64,000 nt of DNA, taken from contig NC_068996.1 in assembly GCF_001194135.2 (NCBI RefSeq), positions 47,038,512-47,102,511 of the forward strand, in the 5' to 3' direction. Below are positions 1 to 12,899 of the stretch, in pieces. Under the pieces are notes generated by a model. The model did no database searches. It saw only the letters and a program-made list of their open reading frames with translations, and was not told the DNA's origin. A program made the translations under genes and the position numbers. Each line of letters starts with the position of its first letter. The stretch's first letter is position 1. Source of the DNA: Octopus bimaculoides. Taxonomy: Eukaryota.

Positions 1-344
1 TAATTCATTAGGTTATAGGTGTTGGCTTGGCTGTATTGTAAGAATAGGCATGGGTGTGGCCGTGTGGTAAGAAGCTTGCTTCGCAACCACATGGTTCTGA
101 GTTCAGTCCTTCTGCATAGCACCTTGGGCTGTTGTGTCTTCCTTGGGTGTGTGGGTTTCAGTGGAATGGTAATTAAGTTTTTCTGTCTTGGTTGGTATTG
201 AGAGGTGTTTTAGAGAAATTTTTATTGATTAAATTTGGGGTTATGTTATTGTTTAGAATTTATTTGTGTACTTAGAACTTGGACCAACCAAAATTTCTAG
301 AGGAGATTTGGTAGATGGAAACTGAAAGAAGCCTGTCTGTGGAC

Positions 345-900
345 TTTGCTTCTGCTATTTCTCCTTGCACTCACCCCACCCTTACCATCTCCTGTTTCCT
401 CTCACCTACCACCCCTTCACCCTACCCCTCCAATGCACCATTCTCTGAGCTTTCCAGTGACTCCAGTCTGACCCTCCACCTCATACATCTTCCCTATCCT
501 GTCCGTTCCCTCCTTCAAACGACCCCATAACCTGTGTGACCTCCTGGTCCAGTTTCTTCCCTACTCCCACCTGCCAGCCTGGTTCCTTTCCCTGCTCCTG
601 CCCACACTGCTTCTACCTCTCCAACACCCCCACCATCCTCACAGGCATCCATCACTGACTCCTTTACCTAGACCTCTAGTAATGTTATTTACTGCATCTT
701 CAGGTCTCTCTTTTCTTCCCGCTTGTTCTGACTGGTTCGTGGAATACCTCCAAGACATCAAACTCGGCAATGACATCCAGGTCTCGCACTACTTCCACTC
801 TACTGGTCATTCACTGCAACATCTGTCTGTGTTCAGAATGTCTTCGTTCCTTTGCTCCATATTGGCTCAACTCACCTACTCACTTCATCTGACACCAACC
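345..900 (+). mobile_element. Decayed Penelope-like element, GIY-YIG region
   Basis: Frames read DSFT*TSSNVIYCI (~657-698) and WFVEYLQDIKLGNDIQVSHYFHSTGHSLQHLSVF, typical of the PLE GIY-YIG C-terminus. Contains stops and frameshifts. A probable terminal repeat follows at ~1560-1770. Confidence 0.65.
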
Positions 901-949
901 CCACATGAATTCTCACACACTTCTTACATTCAACTGTCCCCTCCACCTA

Positions 950-1555
950 CACACCTTCATACCACCTACCTTGGTACCCTCATCATACACAAACCACTAA
1001 ACAAACAACCATACATACTGTTCAACTCATTACTCATTTCACACACCATTACACACACACATACCAACAAACACTTTCCCACTCCACACACATTGGCACC
1101 AACAACTTCTCAGCACCCACACCACACACAATCTTTAATAGTGTCACCTCACATATCACTATACGTGCAGCCCCACACACTGTTTAACTCAGTACACACA
1201 CCACACACCATCATGCACACTCCCACATCCACACAAGCACATAATACCTGAACACAAACAATATATACATACATGCATAAACATATGCAACATGCATAAA
1301 CACATAACTTTTGCCCACAAGCATACACTATATATATGCACACTAATTGGTCATACACACACACAGACACACACATGCATGTACACTCACCATTTGAAAA
1401 AGCACATATCAACTGCTACACACAACACACACATTACACATGTACACACACACACACACACGCGCACATGTCAGACTCACTCGCCCCCATTCACACATAC
1501 ATACTCATACACACAATTCTCACATACACACACACACACACATGCTCATGCACGT
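950..1555. repeat. Degenerate CA-rich low-complexity tract
   Basis: Imperfect (CA)n/(CACAT)n mosaic interrupting the PLE relic. Confidence 0.85.
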
Positions 1556-1733
1556 TAGTTTGTTGAGATCACCATTATTATCTTCCTTTCATTCAACCTC
1601 TTTTTTATTATTATCTCCCTTTCATTCAACCTCTTTTTCTCCCAGTCATATGCCATGATGGACCGCTGAACTCTGCACTGTTTTTTTCTCTCTCTGTATT
1701 TTTCATTCTCTCTCCATTTTTTCTTTCTTATTC

Positions 1734-1768
1734 CTTTCTTTGGAAGAGCGTAGGCTCAAAACATAAAT
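1734..1768 (+). ncRNA. Decayed hammerhead-like motif (CUGUGGA family)
   Basis: CTTT CTTTGGA A GAGC GTAG GCTC AAAAC ATA. Same family as the 10909-10944 and 40862-40897 copies, with both CpG sites changed to CpA. Confidence 0.4.
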
Positions 1769-2967
1769 TTGAACTATATATTATACGCTCACCTGGTTAC
1801 CCTAGATTAATCCTGCTCGACTGAACTTCTTACTTCCTTGGACTTGCATCTTAACTACTTCCCGAACTTTCAGCACCTCACTTCATCCACATACTACCTG
1901 GATTGCACAAGAAACTGGTAGGGAAAATGATAAGTCCTAGGGTTAACTCATTTGACTAAAAATTCTTCAAGGTGGTGCCCCAGCATGGTCGCAGTCTAAC
2001 AACTGAAACAAGTAAAAGATAAAAGGAAAATTATGACATTTGTTTTAATAAATGATTTTTGCAAGTATTTCATTTGATTTTCCTCTTCAGTATTGGGTTT
2101 TAGGTAGGGATTTTTTAATTTCTATACTTTTAAAATAATGTTCAATGAGACTTAGATAAAATCAGATAAATTGACTCAAGTTTAGGTAGGTTTATTACTT
2201 AAAAATGTGCTCCAGTATGGCCACAGACTTAGGTCTGAAACATATAAAAGAATAAAAAAAAAGACAATGACATAAAGTCAAAAAAGACAAAACTCAAAAT
2301 GACATCCGTTGAGGTATACTTGTGATTCTTTCATTAATTTTAATCTCAGTTGTATATAGCCCACAACATCATTTGCCAACAGTCTGTGTTTTCTCTATTG
2401 CCAGAGCCTATGGGGTAGAAGACCACTTGTCTGATAATAATAGAAAATAGATAAAGCTACAGTGAATTAACATCTCAGTGGCACCACCAACCTGTCTTTG
2501 CTTCCGTGAGAGCTTCTAGATGGTTTCTCAGTCTACTTGATATAGCAGTTTGATCTTTCTTCTTGGCCTTGAGTTGTCCAGGTTTGTGTGGGAGTGACAT
2601 TTGGAAGTTGGAAAGTATGGAAACCTGTTGGAAAGCTTGTTTGGGGAACTGTTACTGTTCTTGGGTGGCGGTGGTGGTGGTGGTCTTAATTTTCTGCCTT
2701 GTTTAACGACACCAGGTGGCTCGTGCAGTATCTTTAATGCAGTTTACTAGCTTGCAAGCATTTAGCTAGATCTCTAATCATTTCCTCCCAAAAATTGTGG
2801 AGGCCTTGAAGGCATCTTCTGAAAGAAAGAAATCAAACCCTACTGCTTTAAATAAAGATATAATGGACAATGTGGACTCTTGTGGACTGTCCGGTTGTAA
2901 TATTTGACTAGGTGCAGGTGCAGTGGGTGTATTTGATATACGGAAACTGAAATAAGACCGTTACATA

Positions 2968-4217
2968 CAGGGGTTGGACAAAATAATGGAAATGCCTTAA
3001 AATTTCAAGCAATTTTATTTTAATATGGGGTAGGACCGCTTTTGGCAGTAATTACAGCTTGAATTCTATGAGGTATGAACTCGTACAAAGTTTGAATTGT
3101 TTCCAAAGGAATTTTTGTCCATTCTTCAGCTAAAACAGTCTCCAGTTCTTGTAATGATAATGGTGGAGGATATCGACTCCTTACTTGGTTTTCTAAAATG
3201 TACCATAAATGTTCAATAATATTGAGATCTGGGGACTGTGGTGGCCAGATAAGATGTTCAACTTCATGAGAATGTTCTTCATGCCATTCAGTAACAACTT
3301 TAGCTGTGTGAATTGGTGCATTATCATCCTGAAAGATTGCATTTTCTTCCGGAAACATTTCCACGACCATAGAATAAATTTGATCAGATAAAATGCTTTA
3401 ATTGTCTTGACTATTAATTCTGCCATGAAGGGAAACCATTGGAAACCCCACTCCCCAGATCATCACAGATCCTCCTCCATCTTTAACAGTTGGAAGCAAG
3501 CAGTCTGGATCAAATGCTTCTTTTGGCTGTCTCCACATGTATACTTGGCCGGGGTAAGAAAAAAGGTAAAGAATGACTTTTCTGAGAAAATAATGATCTT
3601 CCACTGCTCTAGGGGTCAATTCTGTAGGTTTTTACTCCACTTGAAATACTTTGCAACGTTTGTTTTCGGAAGTGGTGGTTTTCTTATTGCAGCCCTCCTG
3701 TGAAATCCGGCTTTGTGCAGCTCCCAGCGAACAGTTTTTGTGGAAGCTTGGTTCTCGAGGTGGTCATTAAGCTCTGCAGTAATTTTGGGAGCTGTACTTT
3801 TGTGATCCTTTCTAAAAATTCATGTAAGAGTCCAACGATCCCTATCTGAAAGTTTTTGTTTTCTTCCAGAGTTTTGTTTTGACAAGGAGGTTTTTCTCTC
3901 TTTCACAAAGGCTGTCATTACTTTCAAGACAGTACTTTATTATACATTAAACATTTTGGCTGTTTTCATTACGCTATTGTCTGCCATACGAGCACCAACA
4001 GTTTGACCTATTTGAATGTCTGACAGATCTGTCATTTTAATGAATTTTAATTATCTTTTTCTGATTAAATCTGAAAAGAAACAGCAATTTGAGCAAAACA
4101 TATTTAGCAACACTAATAATAAATCAAAAAACATAAAAATAAACAAGCTTTTGATGGTTTTATAGATATCTCAAAATTATAATGCTATGATGTTAGGTGT
4201 TTCTATTATTTTGTCCA
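2968..4217 (-). mobile_element. Tc1-family (DD34E) DNA transposon, defective, one TIR cut by a gap
   Basis: TA at 2966-2967, then TIR CAGGGGTTGGACAAAATAATGGAAA; matching inverted TTTCTATTATTTTGTCCA at ~4200-4217. Transposase starts near 4035 (MTDLSDIQIGQTVGARMA) and ends at 3020 with FQDDNAPIH...SPDLNIIE. Internal stops and frameshifts. Confidence 0.92.
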
Positions 4218-4544
4218 NNNNNNNNNNNNNNNNNNNNNNNNNNNNNNNNNNNNNNNNNNNNNNNNNNNNNNNNNNNNNNNNNNNNNNNNNNNNNNNNNNN
4301 NNNNNNNNNNNNNNNNNNNNNNNNNNNNNNNNNNNNNNNNNNNNNNNNNNNNNNNNNNNNNNNNNNNNNNNNNNNNNNNNNNNNNNNNNNNNNNNNNNNN
4401 NNNNNNNNNNNNNNNNNNNNNNNNNNNNNNNNNNNNNNNNNNNNNNNNNNNNNNNNNNNNNNNNNNNNNNNNNNNNNNNNNNNNNNNNNNNNNNNNNATA
4501 CATACATACATACATACATACATATTTATATGTAATATATTTAT

Positions 4545-4780
4545 GTCTTTGTGTCTGTGTTTGCCCCCCCCCCATCACTTGACAACTGATGTTGGTATGT
4601 TTATGTTCCTGTAACTTAGCAGTTTGGCAATAGAGACTGATAAAATAAATACTAGGCTAGGCCTACAAAGAATAAGTCCTGTGGTTGATTTCTTTGACTA
4701 AAAAAGGAAAACCTTTAAGGCAGTGCTCCAGCATGGCTCAGTCAAAAATGATTGGAACAAATAAAAGAATAAAAGAATAG
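4545..4780 (+). mobile_element. 3' tail module of the microsatellite-centred SINE
   Basis: gtgtctgtgtttgccccc...gtaacttagcagtttggcaatagagactgata...gcagtgctccagcatggc...aaataaaagaa, matching many other copies in the window. Confidence 0.8.
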
Positions 4781-4929
4781 TATTTCAATTTATTGACCTT
4801 GGAATGGTGAACAAGAAAGTTAGCCTTGGCAGGATTTGAAACCCAGGACATAAAATGCCCTACCATATACAGCAAGGCATTTTCTTTGATATTTTTACTG
4901 ATTCTACCACCTTGTAATATTTACAATAA

Positions 4930-5155
4930 TGGTAAGTGGTGAGTTGGCAGAAATCTTAGAACATTGGACAAAATGCTTATCAACATTTCATCCAGTTTCA
5001 CATTCTGAGTTCAAATTCTGCCGAGGTCAACTTTGCTTTTCATCCTTTAGTGGGTGGGGGTCATTGAAATAAAAAAAACAGTTGAACACCGAGATCGGTG
5101 TAATTGATTTACCCCCTGCCCTGAAATTGCTGGCCCTGTGCCAAAATTTGAAACC
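4930..5155 (+). mobile_element. SINE with Deu/Nin-like core (second copy 53452-53690; reverse fragments near 4790-4870 and 57870-57930)
   Basis: ctgagttcaaattctgccgaggtcaactttgcttttcatcc...gtcattgaaataaa...; the TTTCATCC..GGGGTCGATAAA..AAGTAC-like core is recalled from Deu/Nin SINEs. Confidence 0.6.
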
Positions 5156-5786
5156 GATATTTGCAATAATGGTGTTTATAAAGTGAGTGTATGTTGTAAT
5201 AAGAGAAGATACTTAAAAAAAAAATTTTTTTTAAACAATGGTAGAGGAGAAACAAAAAAAAATGGGGAAAAAAGTCATAACTCTCTCTCTCTCTCTTTCT
5301 TACTATCTCTCTTTGTCTTACTATCTCTCTCTCTCACTCTCTTTCTCTATGTCACTCTTTGTCAGTCTCCTCTGTCACCCCTTTCTATCTGTCTGTCTCT
5401 CTCCCTGTCACTCCCTGTGTGTGTGTGTCTCTCTCTGTTTCAGTCTTTCTCCCTTTTTGTCTGTCTGTCTGTCTTTGTCTGTCTTTGTCTGTCTCTCTCT
5501 TTCTCTCTCTCTCTTTCTCAATCAATCACCCTCGACAAGGTTTAGAAAATGTAATACTATAACCTTCATGTTGGACAAAAGGCTTTGCTATCTTCGGCTA
5601 CATTCCTCTGAAATTTAGAGTCTAAAATTTCATTTCCTGAGCTCAAATCTCACACAAGCTCACTTTCTCATTGTGAGATTTAAAAATAGTAATTTTCTAA
5701 TTTATATATCAGTGACTAGTTGTCACTTTGAAAACTATACATTTTGAATGGGAATTTGGCAGTGCCACCTCTAGCCGAACAATTAT

Positions 5787-5831
5787 TCTGTGCTGATGAA
5801 GGGAAATAACCCAGAAATCGCGATACACAGA
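5787..5831 (+). ncRNA. Minimal type I hammerhead ribozyme motif (AUA cleavage triplet)
   Basis: TCTGTG CTGATGA A GGG AAATAA CCC A GAAA TCGCGA TA CACAGA: 6-bp stem I, complete core, palindromic stem III (ATCGCGAT). Confidence 0.65.
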
Positions 5832-6187
5832 TATTGTTTTGAGCTGAGTGGGGGTGCTAGATTCCCTTGTTCGAAAATATAAGGACACAGATCATGTCGT
5901 ATAGCCAGCTGGAAACGATGTCTCCTGGGGCTAAATTACAACAACATTCATCCTAAACCAGGACTGCCATGTTATGATGGCAAACAATCTTTACTCCAAG
6001 TTCACTTTCATTTTACAGAAGCATGAGTTTGAGTGTGTATGTGAGAGAGGAGGTGGATTGTCAATAAAACAAAAGTACTAATCCAACTATAACCCTAACC
6101 ATCTCGTAAAATTCTTGGCTGTATACCAATGTTATAAATCATTTGTTATATTTTATTTACAATTATGGTATTTTAATTTTCTTGCAG

Positions 6188-6358
6188 CCTGAAATCATAA
6201 GCAGCTTGATAGTGGTCGATGTTGCTCCATCTGTGAGTCCATCAGTTGATGTGTTTCCATTCTACGCTACGGCAATGAAAAACGTCTCGATAGACCCGGC
6301 TATGAATATTGTCCAAGCTCGTAAAAGTGTCAGCGATCAGTTACAACCTGTCCTAAAA
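6188..6358 (+). CDS. ABHD11: Internal coding exon of abhydrolase domain-containing protein 11 (PEIISSLIVVDVAPSVSP...QARKSVSDQLQPVLK)
   Basis: Acceptor ...ttttcttgcAG (6186-6187) and donor GTaagt (6359). 171 nt, 57 codons, phase 0/0, no stop. Translation resembles the ABHD11/YbfF segment PELVERLIAVDISP...ARKLADEQL as recalled, and joins in frame to the 47853 exon. Confidence 0.9.
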
Positions 6359-8352
6359 GTAAGTATAGATCATGATAATGTTGTTGCTGTTATTGTTTCT
6401 CTTCTCAGGTACATCGTTTTCTCTCTTGAGTTTCCCTGTTATTCATGTTCTTTTATTCTGAGAGCTTCTTTCCTTGAACTGCTTCTTTTCAATCGCATCA
6501 CCATTGTTTTGTTTTCTTCTGGGCTATGATATTTAGTCCTTTAAGATTTCTGTCAATTGACATCTTTTTAATTTGTCAGCCCCTTCCTTTGCCTTCTTTG
6601 TAGTCTTTTACACTATAGTAGGCTCAAGTCTTGTTTGGAACAAAATTGTGTGTATGTGTGTTTATATATATATGAATGTGTGTGTGTGTGTTAAAATAAG
6701 ATAACAAGGATAAGGCATTTTATTTTATTTCACCTATATACACTCTCACACAACCTGCCTTAGAATCCTCACTCATGTTATTATTGAATCGGGAGTTTTA
6801 CACCGGTCTTTTCATAGCACTCACATAGCCTTGCCTGTCTTGTGGGTCTTCTGGATACCAAAACATCTTATATATATACATATATATATATAATACAAAA
6901 TGGGACAAGAACGCAAAACATCCAGACAGTTAGGTGATACAAAAAAGGAATGACAAAACACCCAGATAGACGATACAAAGAAAACAAGGATAGGTCATTC
7001 AGACTTTTCTTTCCTCAGTCGAGTTCCAGATTATCTTTACAATTTTGGCTAACCACACTTAAGATTGCTCCAATCTGGGCAGCCCCAAGGAAAAACTAAG
7101 CTAAAAGCATTAGATTCCTTGGAAGAAAGCAGTGAATGTATACGAAAACAAGGACGGAAAAATAAACAGAGAATGTTATACAAATACAAATAACAGGACA
7201 TTAACAACAGATGTCTTTCGACTAAAGATGAATTAAATTAAGCTGACATGTGTGGAAATAAAGCCTTATGGTAGGGATACAAGATTTGACAGGCACAAGG
7301 AAGAATATAGATGTTGCACGGCTGATGGCCGAACCAAGAGAGAAAGATCAGGTTTCGCTGAACATCGGTCACGTGGGGACAGAAGAGAGAGAGGTAGAGG
7401 CAGAGGGACAGAAGAATTAAGGAAGGGTGAGAAAAACTGACAGGGACACAGTGAAGTGAAAAGTGAAGGGAAAGTGAGCAAGAAGAGAAGGCAGGGAAAT
7501 GTAAGAGATGGGGAATGACAGAACGAAGAGTGGAATGAACGAAAAAGGGTGAAGGGGCTGATAGACAGAAATAGAGTCATACAAGATTTAGAAAAATGCA
7601 TACTTACATATAAGAGACCAAAGTGCACATATGCTGCTATATANNNNNNNNNNNNNNNNNNNNNNNNNNNNNNNNNNNNNNNNNNNNNNNNNNNNNNNNN
7701 NNNNNNNNNNNNNNNNNNNNNNNNNNNNNNNNNNNNNNNNNNNNNNNNNNNNNNNNNNNNNNNNNNNNNNNNNNNNNNNNNNNNNNNNNNNNNNNNNNNN
7801 NNNNNNNNNNNNNNNNNNNNNNNNNNNNNNNNNNNNNNNNNNNNNNNNNNNNNNNNNNNNNNNNNNNNNNNNNNNNNNNNNNNNNNNNNNNNNNNNNNNN
7901 NNNNNNNNNNNNNNNNNNNNNNNNNNNNNNNNNNNNNNNNNNNNNNNNNNNNNNNNNNNNNNNNNNNNNNNNNNNNNNNNNNNNNNNNNNNNNNNNNNNN
8001 NNNNNNNNNNNNNNNNNNNNNNNNNNNNNNNNNNNNNNNNNNNNNNNNNNNNNNNNNNNNNNNNNNNNNNNNNNNNNNNNNNNNNNNNNNNNNNNNNNNN
8101 NNNNNNNNNNNNNNNNNNNNNNNNNNNNNNNNNNNNNNNNNNNNNNNNNNNNNNNNNNNNNNNNNNNNNNNNNNNNNNNNNNNNNNNNNNNNNNNNNNNN
8201 NNNNNNNNNNNNNNNNNNNNNNNNNNNNNNNNNNNNNNNNNNNNNNNNNNNNNNNNNNNNNNNNNNNNNNNNNNNNNNNNNNNNNNNNNNNNNNNNNNNN
8301 NNNNNNNNNNNNNNNNNNNNNNNNNNNNNNNNNNNNNNNNNNNNNNNNNNNN

Positions 8353-8704
8353 TGGAAAGATCACATCACAGAAGATCGAAGAGCTTGGTTGGGAAAAAAT
8401 TCCTCATCTACCTTATTCTCCCGACCTTGCCCCTTCAGACTACCACTTGTTTCGTAGCTTACAGAATCATTTGGGGGACATAACTTTCGCAAGCCAGGAG
8501 GAGGTCGAAACTGACAATTCAGAGTTCTTCGCTTTGAAACCAAAAGAGTTTTACATTGATGGGATTAAAAAGCTTGTAAATAGATGGAAGGAAGTCATAG
8601 ATAATCAGGGAAAGTACATTGATGATTAAATTTCAATTAAATATATCATTTGATCACTTGTTTTCTTTATTCAAAATTCGGACAGAACTTATGGAATGAC
8701 CTGA
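8353..8704 (+). mobile_element. mariner (DD34D) transposon, 3' part (5' part in gap)
   Basis: ...EELGWEKIPHLPYSPDLAPSDYHLFRSLQNHL...RWKEVIDNQGKYIDD*, followed by a TIR-like cggacagaacttatggaatgacctga and then TA. Confidence 0.9.
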
Positions 8705-9206
8705 TATATTTAGGTCTTTTGAACTTTTACTGTATTTGAAACTAACTGTTGTTCAATACTATCTCTTAGTTTAATCTTTATACCTGCAACTGTATGTTCT
8801 TTATTGAATTCATTTTTATTATATTTTATTTTTTTATATGAATTTTTAGGCACTTTTAAATTGTTTTATTTTCATATGTAATTACTTTACTTCCTCACCT
8901 ATCCTTTTCTGTCTTTTATTAACATTAAGGATGGTCAATTCCAGCACCTTAATTGATGTAAAAAATTAATATTTATATTTAGTGTTAATGACTATACCAA
9001 GCTAGCTTTATCTAGCATTGGTCTTCCATATATTGTATATTTAAATGATAAATTATGTATGTATGCATAGAATTGAAGTATTGGTGTGACCATGATTTTC
9101 TAGTGATCTGATGAGCAAGCTTCCTTTATCTGCACCAATTTGTAAATAAATAGTTGTATAATGCATAATAGGCATATTAGTGCAAACATAGAGCATAATT
9201 TATTGT

Positions 9207-9362
9207 AGGCACAGGATTGGCTGTGTGGTAAGCTTCCAACCACATGGTTCTGGGTTCAGTCCCACTGTGAGGCATCTTGAATAGGTGTCTTCTACTATAG
9301 CTTCAGGCTGACCAAAGCCTTGTGAGTGGATTTCGTAGACGGAAAACTGAAAGAAGCCCATC

Positions 9363-9402
<40 letters not shown>

Positions 9403-9992
9403 NNNNNNNNNNNNNNNNNNNNNNNNNNNNNNNNNNNNNNNNNNNNNNNNNNNNNNNNNNNNNNNNNNNNNNNNNNNNNNNNNNNNNNNNNNNNNNNNNN
9501 NNNNNNNNNNNNNNNNNNNNNNNNNNNNNNNNNNNNNNNNNNNNNNNNNNNNNNNNNNNNNNNNNNNNNNNNNNNNNNNNNNNNNNNNNNNNNNNNNNNN
9601 NNNNNNNNNNNNNNNNNNNNNNNNNNNNNNNNNNNNNNNNNNNNNNNNNNNNNNNNNNNNNNNNNNNNNNNNNNNNNNNNNNNNNNNNNNNNNNNNNNNN
9701 NNNNNNNNNNNNNNNNNNNNNNNNNNNNNNNNNATATATATATATATATATATAAATGTATATGTATGTATGTATATACATATGTATGTATTTGTGTGCC
9801 TGTATCTGTCCACCACCATAACTTGACAACCAATGTTTGTATGTTTACATTCCCCGTAACTTAGCAACTCAGCAAAAGAGACCGATAGAATAAGTACCAG
9901 GCTTACAAAGAATAAGTCCTGGGGTTGATTTCTTCAACTAAAGGCAGTGCTCCAGCATGGCCACAGTCAAATAACTGAAACAAATAAAAGAA
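9207..9992 (+). mobile_element. Full-length tRNA-derived SINE: head, (TA)n centre with gap, tail
   Basis: Head with tggctgtgtgg A box and gggttcagtccc B-box-like motif ending gaaactgaaagaagcccatcg, then (TA)n, then the tail ending aaacaaataaaagaa. Confidence 0.85.
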
Positions 9993-10350
9993 TGAAATTA
10001 TTACATGATGTAGGTTGTGAAACAGCTGTAATTCTAAGGATGACACATGGTTAAATAAATATATTCACCTCTCATAACACCTGATTTTATATGGTTTACA
10101 CACACACACACACATGCTACATACATACACAGTATACGTCAAAAAATGGCTGCAGATAAAGCTGAGTAGTTAAGAAGTTTGTTTTGTAATCATGATATCC
10201 CTTCTTTGATCTCACTATGTGATATCTTAGGCAAGTTAATTGCTGGTAGGATTGTGCTTAATATGTAAAATTTGTATATCCAATTGTGTAACATTGCTAA
10301 ACTCAGTGGCTATTTAAGCAATATGTTCATGGATGATTAATGGATTGGAT

Positions 10351-10396
10351 GTGTTACTGAAGAGGGAGCAATATCTCCTGAAATATGTATGTACAC
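10351..10396 (+). ncRNA. Decayed hammerhead-like motif
   Basis: GTGTTA CTGAAGA GGGAG CAATAT CTCCT GAAA TATGTATG TACAC. Core and stem II present; cleavage triplet degenerate. Confidence 0.45.
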
Positions 10397-10719
10397 CCGT
10401 TACCCATTTTGCTATATTCAATCACATTGTTTACATAGATGTAATCATATATAAAACATCGTAACTTTCAGTACTGGCTCTAATTTCTATAGAGAATCTG
10501 TAGAGATAACTTATCTGGTGCATTTATCATAGTCTCAATCTGGTCAAGCCTTGTGAAAGATTTGAGGAGCCAAGAGACTGTACGAGATCCCATTGAATAG
10601 ATTGTACATATAATTCAAAAGGTCTGGAGGTCCAATCTTACCACAAACACACACACACACACACACACACACGCACTCATCTATACATATCTATATCTAT
10701 ACACATATATATATATACA

Positions 10720-10814
<95 letters not shown>

Positions 10815-10908
10815 CTATAGGGAGAATTCACAAAAAAACAACACACAAAGACAGTTGGTGTTGAAAACAAGCAGATGTATTAGTATAATGCTCAGGAATT
10901 GAGAAAGT

Positions 10909-10944
10909 CTTTAATGTTTCGAGCCTACGCTCTTCCACAGAAAG
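10909..10944 (-). ncRNA. Hammerhead-like motif with variant CUGUGGA core
   Basis: Minus strand CUUU CUGUGGA A GAGC GUAG GCUC GAAAC AUU AAAG, inside a ~150-bp PLE-like terminal repeat also present at ~40830-40985. Confidence 0.5.
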
Positions 10945-11451
10945 GAACACAGAATGAAACAAGGTGAGAAAACATGTGTGTAGTGGTCAGCGATCTATCA
11001 TGGCGAATGATATATATCTATATCTATATGTATCTATATGTTGACTCCCATGAATTTATTTTGTGGAAGTGTGTGGCTTGATAGTTGGCATGTTGGACCC
11101 ATAATCATAAGATTGTGGTTTCAATTCCTGGACCAGGCAATGCATTATGTTCTTAAGCAAAATGCTTTCATTTCACTTTGTTCCGGTCCACTCACCTTGC
11201 AAAAATGCGTAATCCTGTGATGTTTTAGTGTCTTATCCAGGTGGATAATTTATACGCCATGGAAACCATCCCTTATGAGTGGCCATAACTTTTTTATTTA
11301 TGAATTCATGTGTAACTGGATAGATCTATTTATGGGCCCTGATGCTCAGACCATCAAAGAATTGGCTTAGAAAAAGTGGTTTAAAAATAATAATCCTGAA
11401 CTAGAATTTGTTCCTATCACAACATTCCATATGGCTGTCAGTCACCTTCTA

Positions 11452-11780
11452 GCACTTGTGCAGGTGGCATGTTAGAAAATCATTTGAGCGAGGTCATTGC
11501 CAGTGCCGCTGGACTGGCTCCCGTGAAGGTGGCACGTAAAAAACACCTTTTGAGCGAGGCCGTTGCCATTACCGTGTGACTGACCCTCATGCCGGTGGCA
11601 CGTAAAAGTACCTACTACACTCTCAGAGTGGTTGGCATTAGGAAGGGCATCCAGCTGTAGAAACTCTGCCAGATCAGATTGGAGCCTGATGTAGCCATCT
11701 GGTTCACCAGTCCTCAGTCAAATCGTCCAACCCATGCTAGCATGGAAAGCAGACGTTAAATGATGATGATGATGATGATG
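11452..11780 (+). mobile_element. 3' UTR-only copy of an RTE LINE (or SINE sharing its tail) with (GAT)n tail
   Basis: Tandem ~60-bp ggtggcacgtaaaa units, then ggttggcattaggaagggcatccagctgtagaaac and ...gacgttaaatgatgatg. The same sequence is attached to RTE ORF ends at 32000-32913 and 59624-60205. Confidence 0.8.
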
Positions 11781-12735
11781 AAATCAAATCGCTGAAATCT
11801 TTAGCACACATGCTTGAATTGTGCCTTCTATTTACTCCCACATGATCTGTTATCTCCAGCTACATCATGGCTGGTGCACCAAGGAAAAAAAATTGGTTTG
11901 AATACCAATTGAAAACCTCTTTGTGGTGGAATGACATCAACTCTTCAAGAGTGGAAGCTATCGTTACCGATATCCTTACCTGCTTTCACTTTGGCAGTGT
12001 CAACTGTTGAAGGAGGATTGAAGATATGGTAAAGAAACACACAATACACTCAACACTACCAGGAGAAGCTAGAAAAATGGTATCCAAGTAGAATAATAAT
12101 TGGTATTTTCAACTAAACATTCATGTGTCATGTCTGTGATTGAAGCTGCAGGATTCGGAACGCAAAACCTCAAAAGCATTCACAATTGAAGATGATGGTC
12201 AACATATAATTCGTTGGACGACCACAAGCATACAATAAAAAAATATGTACATATATGTGTGTGTGTTTCAGGATTTATGTGTATGCATGTCTGTAAATGT
12301 GTGTATGCGTTTGTTTATATAACTTACAATATAATTTGAAAACTGTGTCTCAGAATCAATAAACATGATAAGGGATAAAAAAAATTGTGAATCAGCTTAG
12401 CTTAGGGATATATTTTTTTCTTTTTTTTTTCTTTTTTTTTCTTTTTTTTTTTTTTGCCTTTTTTCTTTTCTTAATCTACTTAAATATGATTGGCTGATTC
12501 TAAACTTTGAATTATTGATTGCTTAACGAAGCTGTACAACACAGCATGGTAACTGCAGTAATTTACATTCATGGAACATTACATGTTAAGTGTGGGATGT
12601 TTAATTACTGTGCTTCTCTCTTCAAGCATGTTTCAGTTTGCTTTTGGAAAATTATATAGATATATTTTTTTCATAGATGTTATTGTAAAACATAATATAC
12701 AACAAGAGTATTTCTGTCTCCCACTCACTTCCTTC

Positions 12736-12774
<39 letters not shown>

Positions 12775-12899
12775 GTATATACACATACAAACACATGCAC
12801 AAATACATACATTGTAAGTATATGCGTGTGTGTGTGTGTGTATACTTATAAGAATATATGTGTATGGAAAATATGATGGGCGTCAGAAGTTTGATATTT

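Noticed and set aside
6143-6529. 128-aa ORF as a standalone gene
   Set aside because: Only 6188-6358 is protein-like; the rest is intron read-through past clear splice sites.
6995-7035. Minus-strand CTGAGGA...GAAT hammerhead-like trace (similar traces near 22555, 23130 and 25715)
   Set aside because: Core or stems are too degraded to separate from chance.
11820-12240. Coding-looking stretch
   Set aside because: Stops in all examined frames and no family motif I can name; probably a decayed TE.
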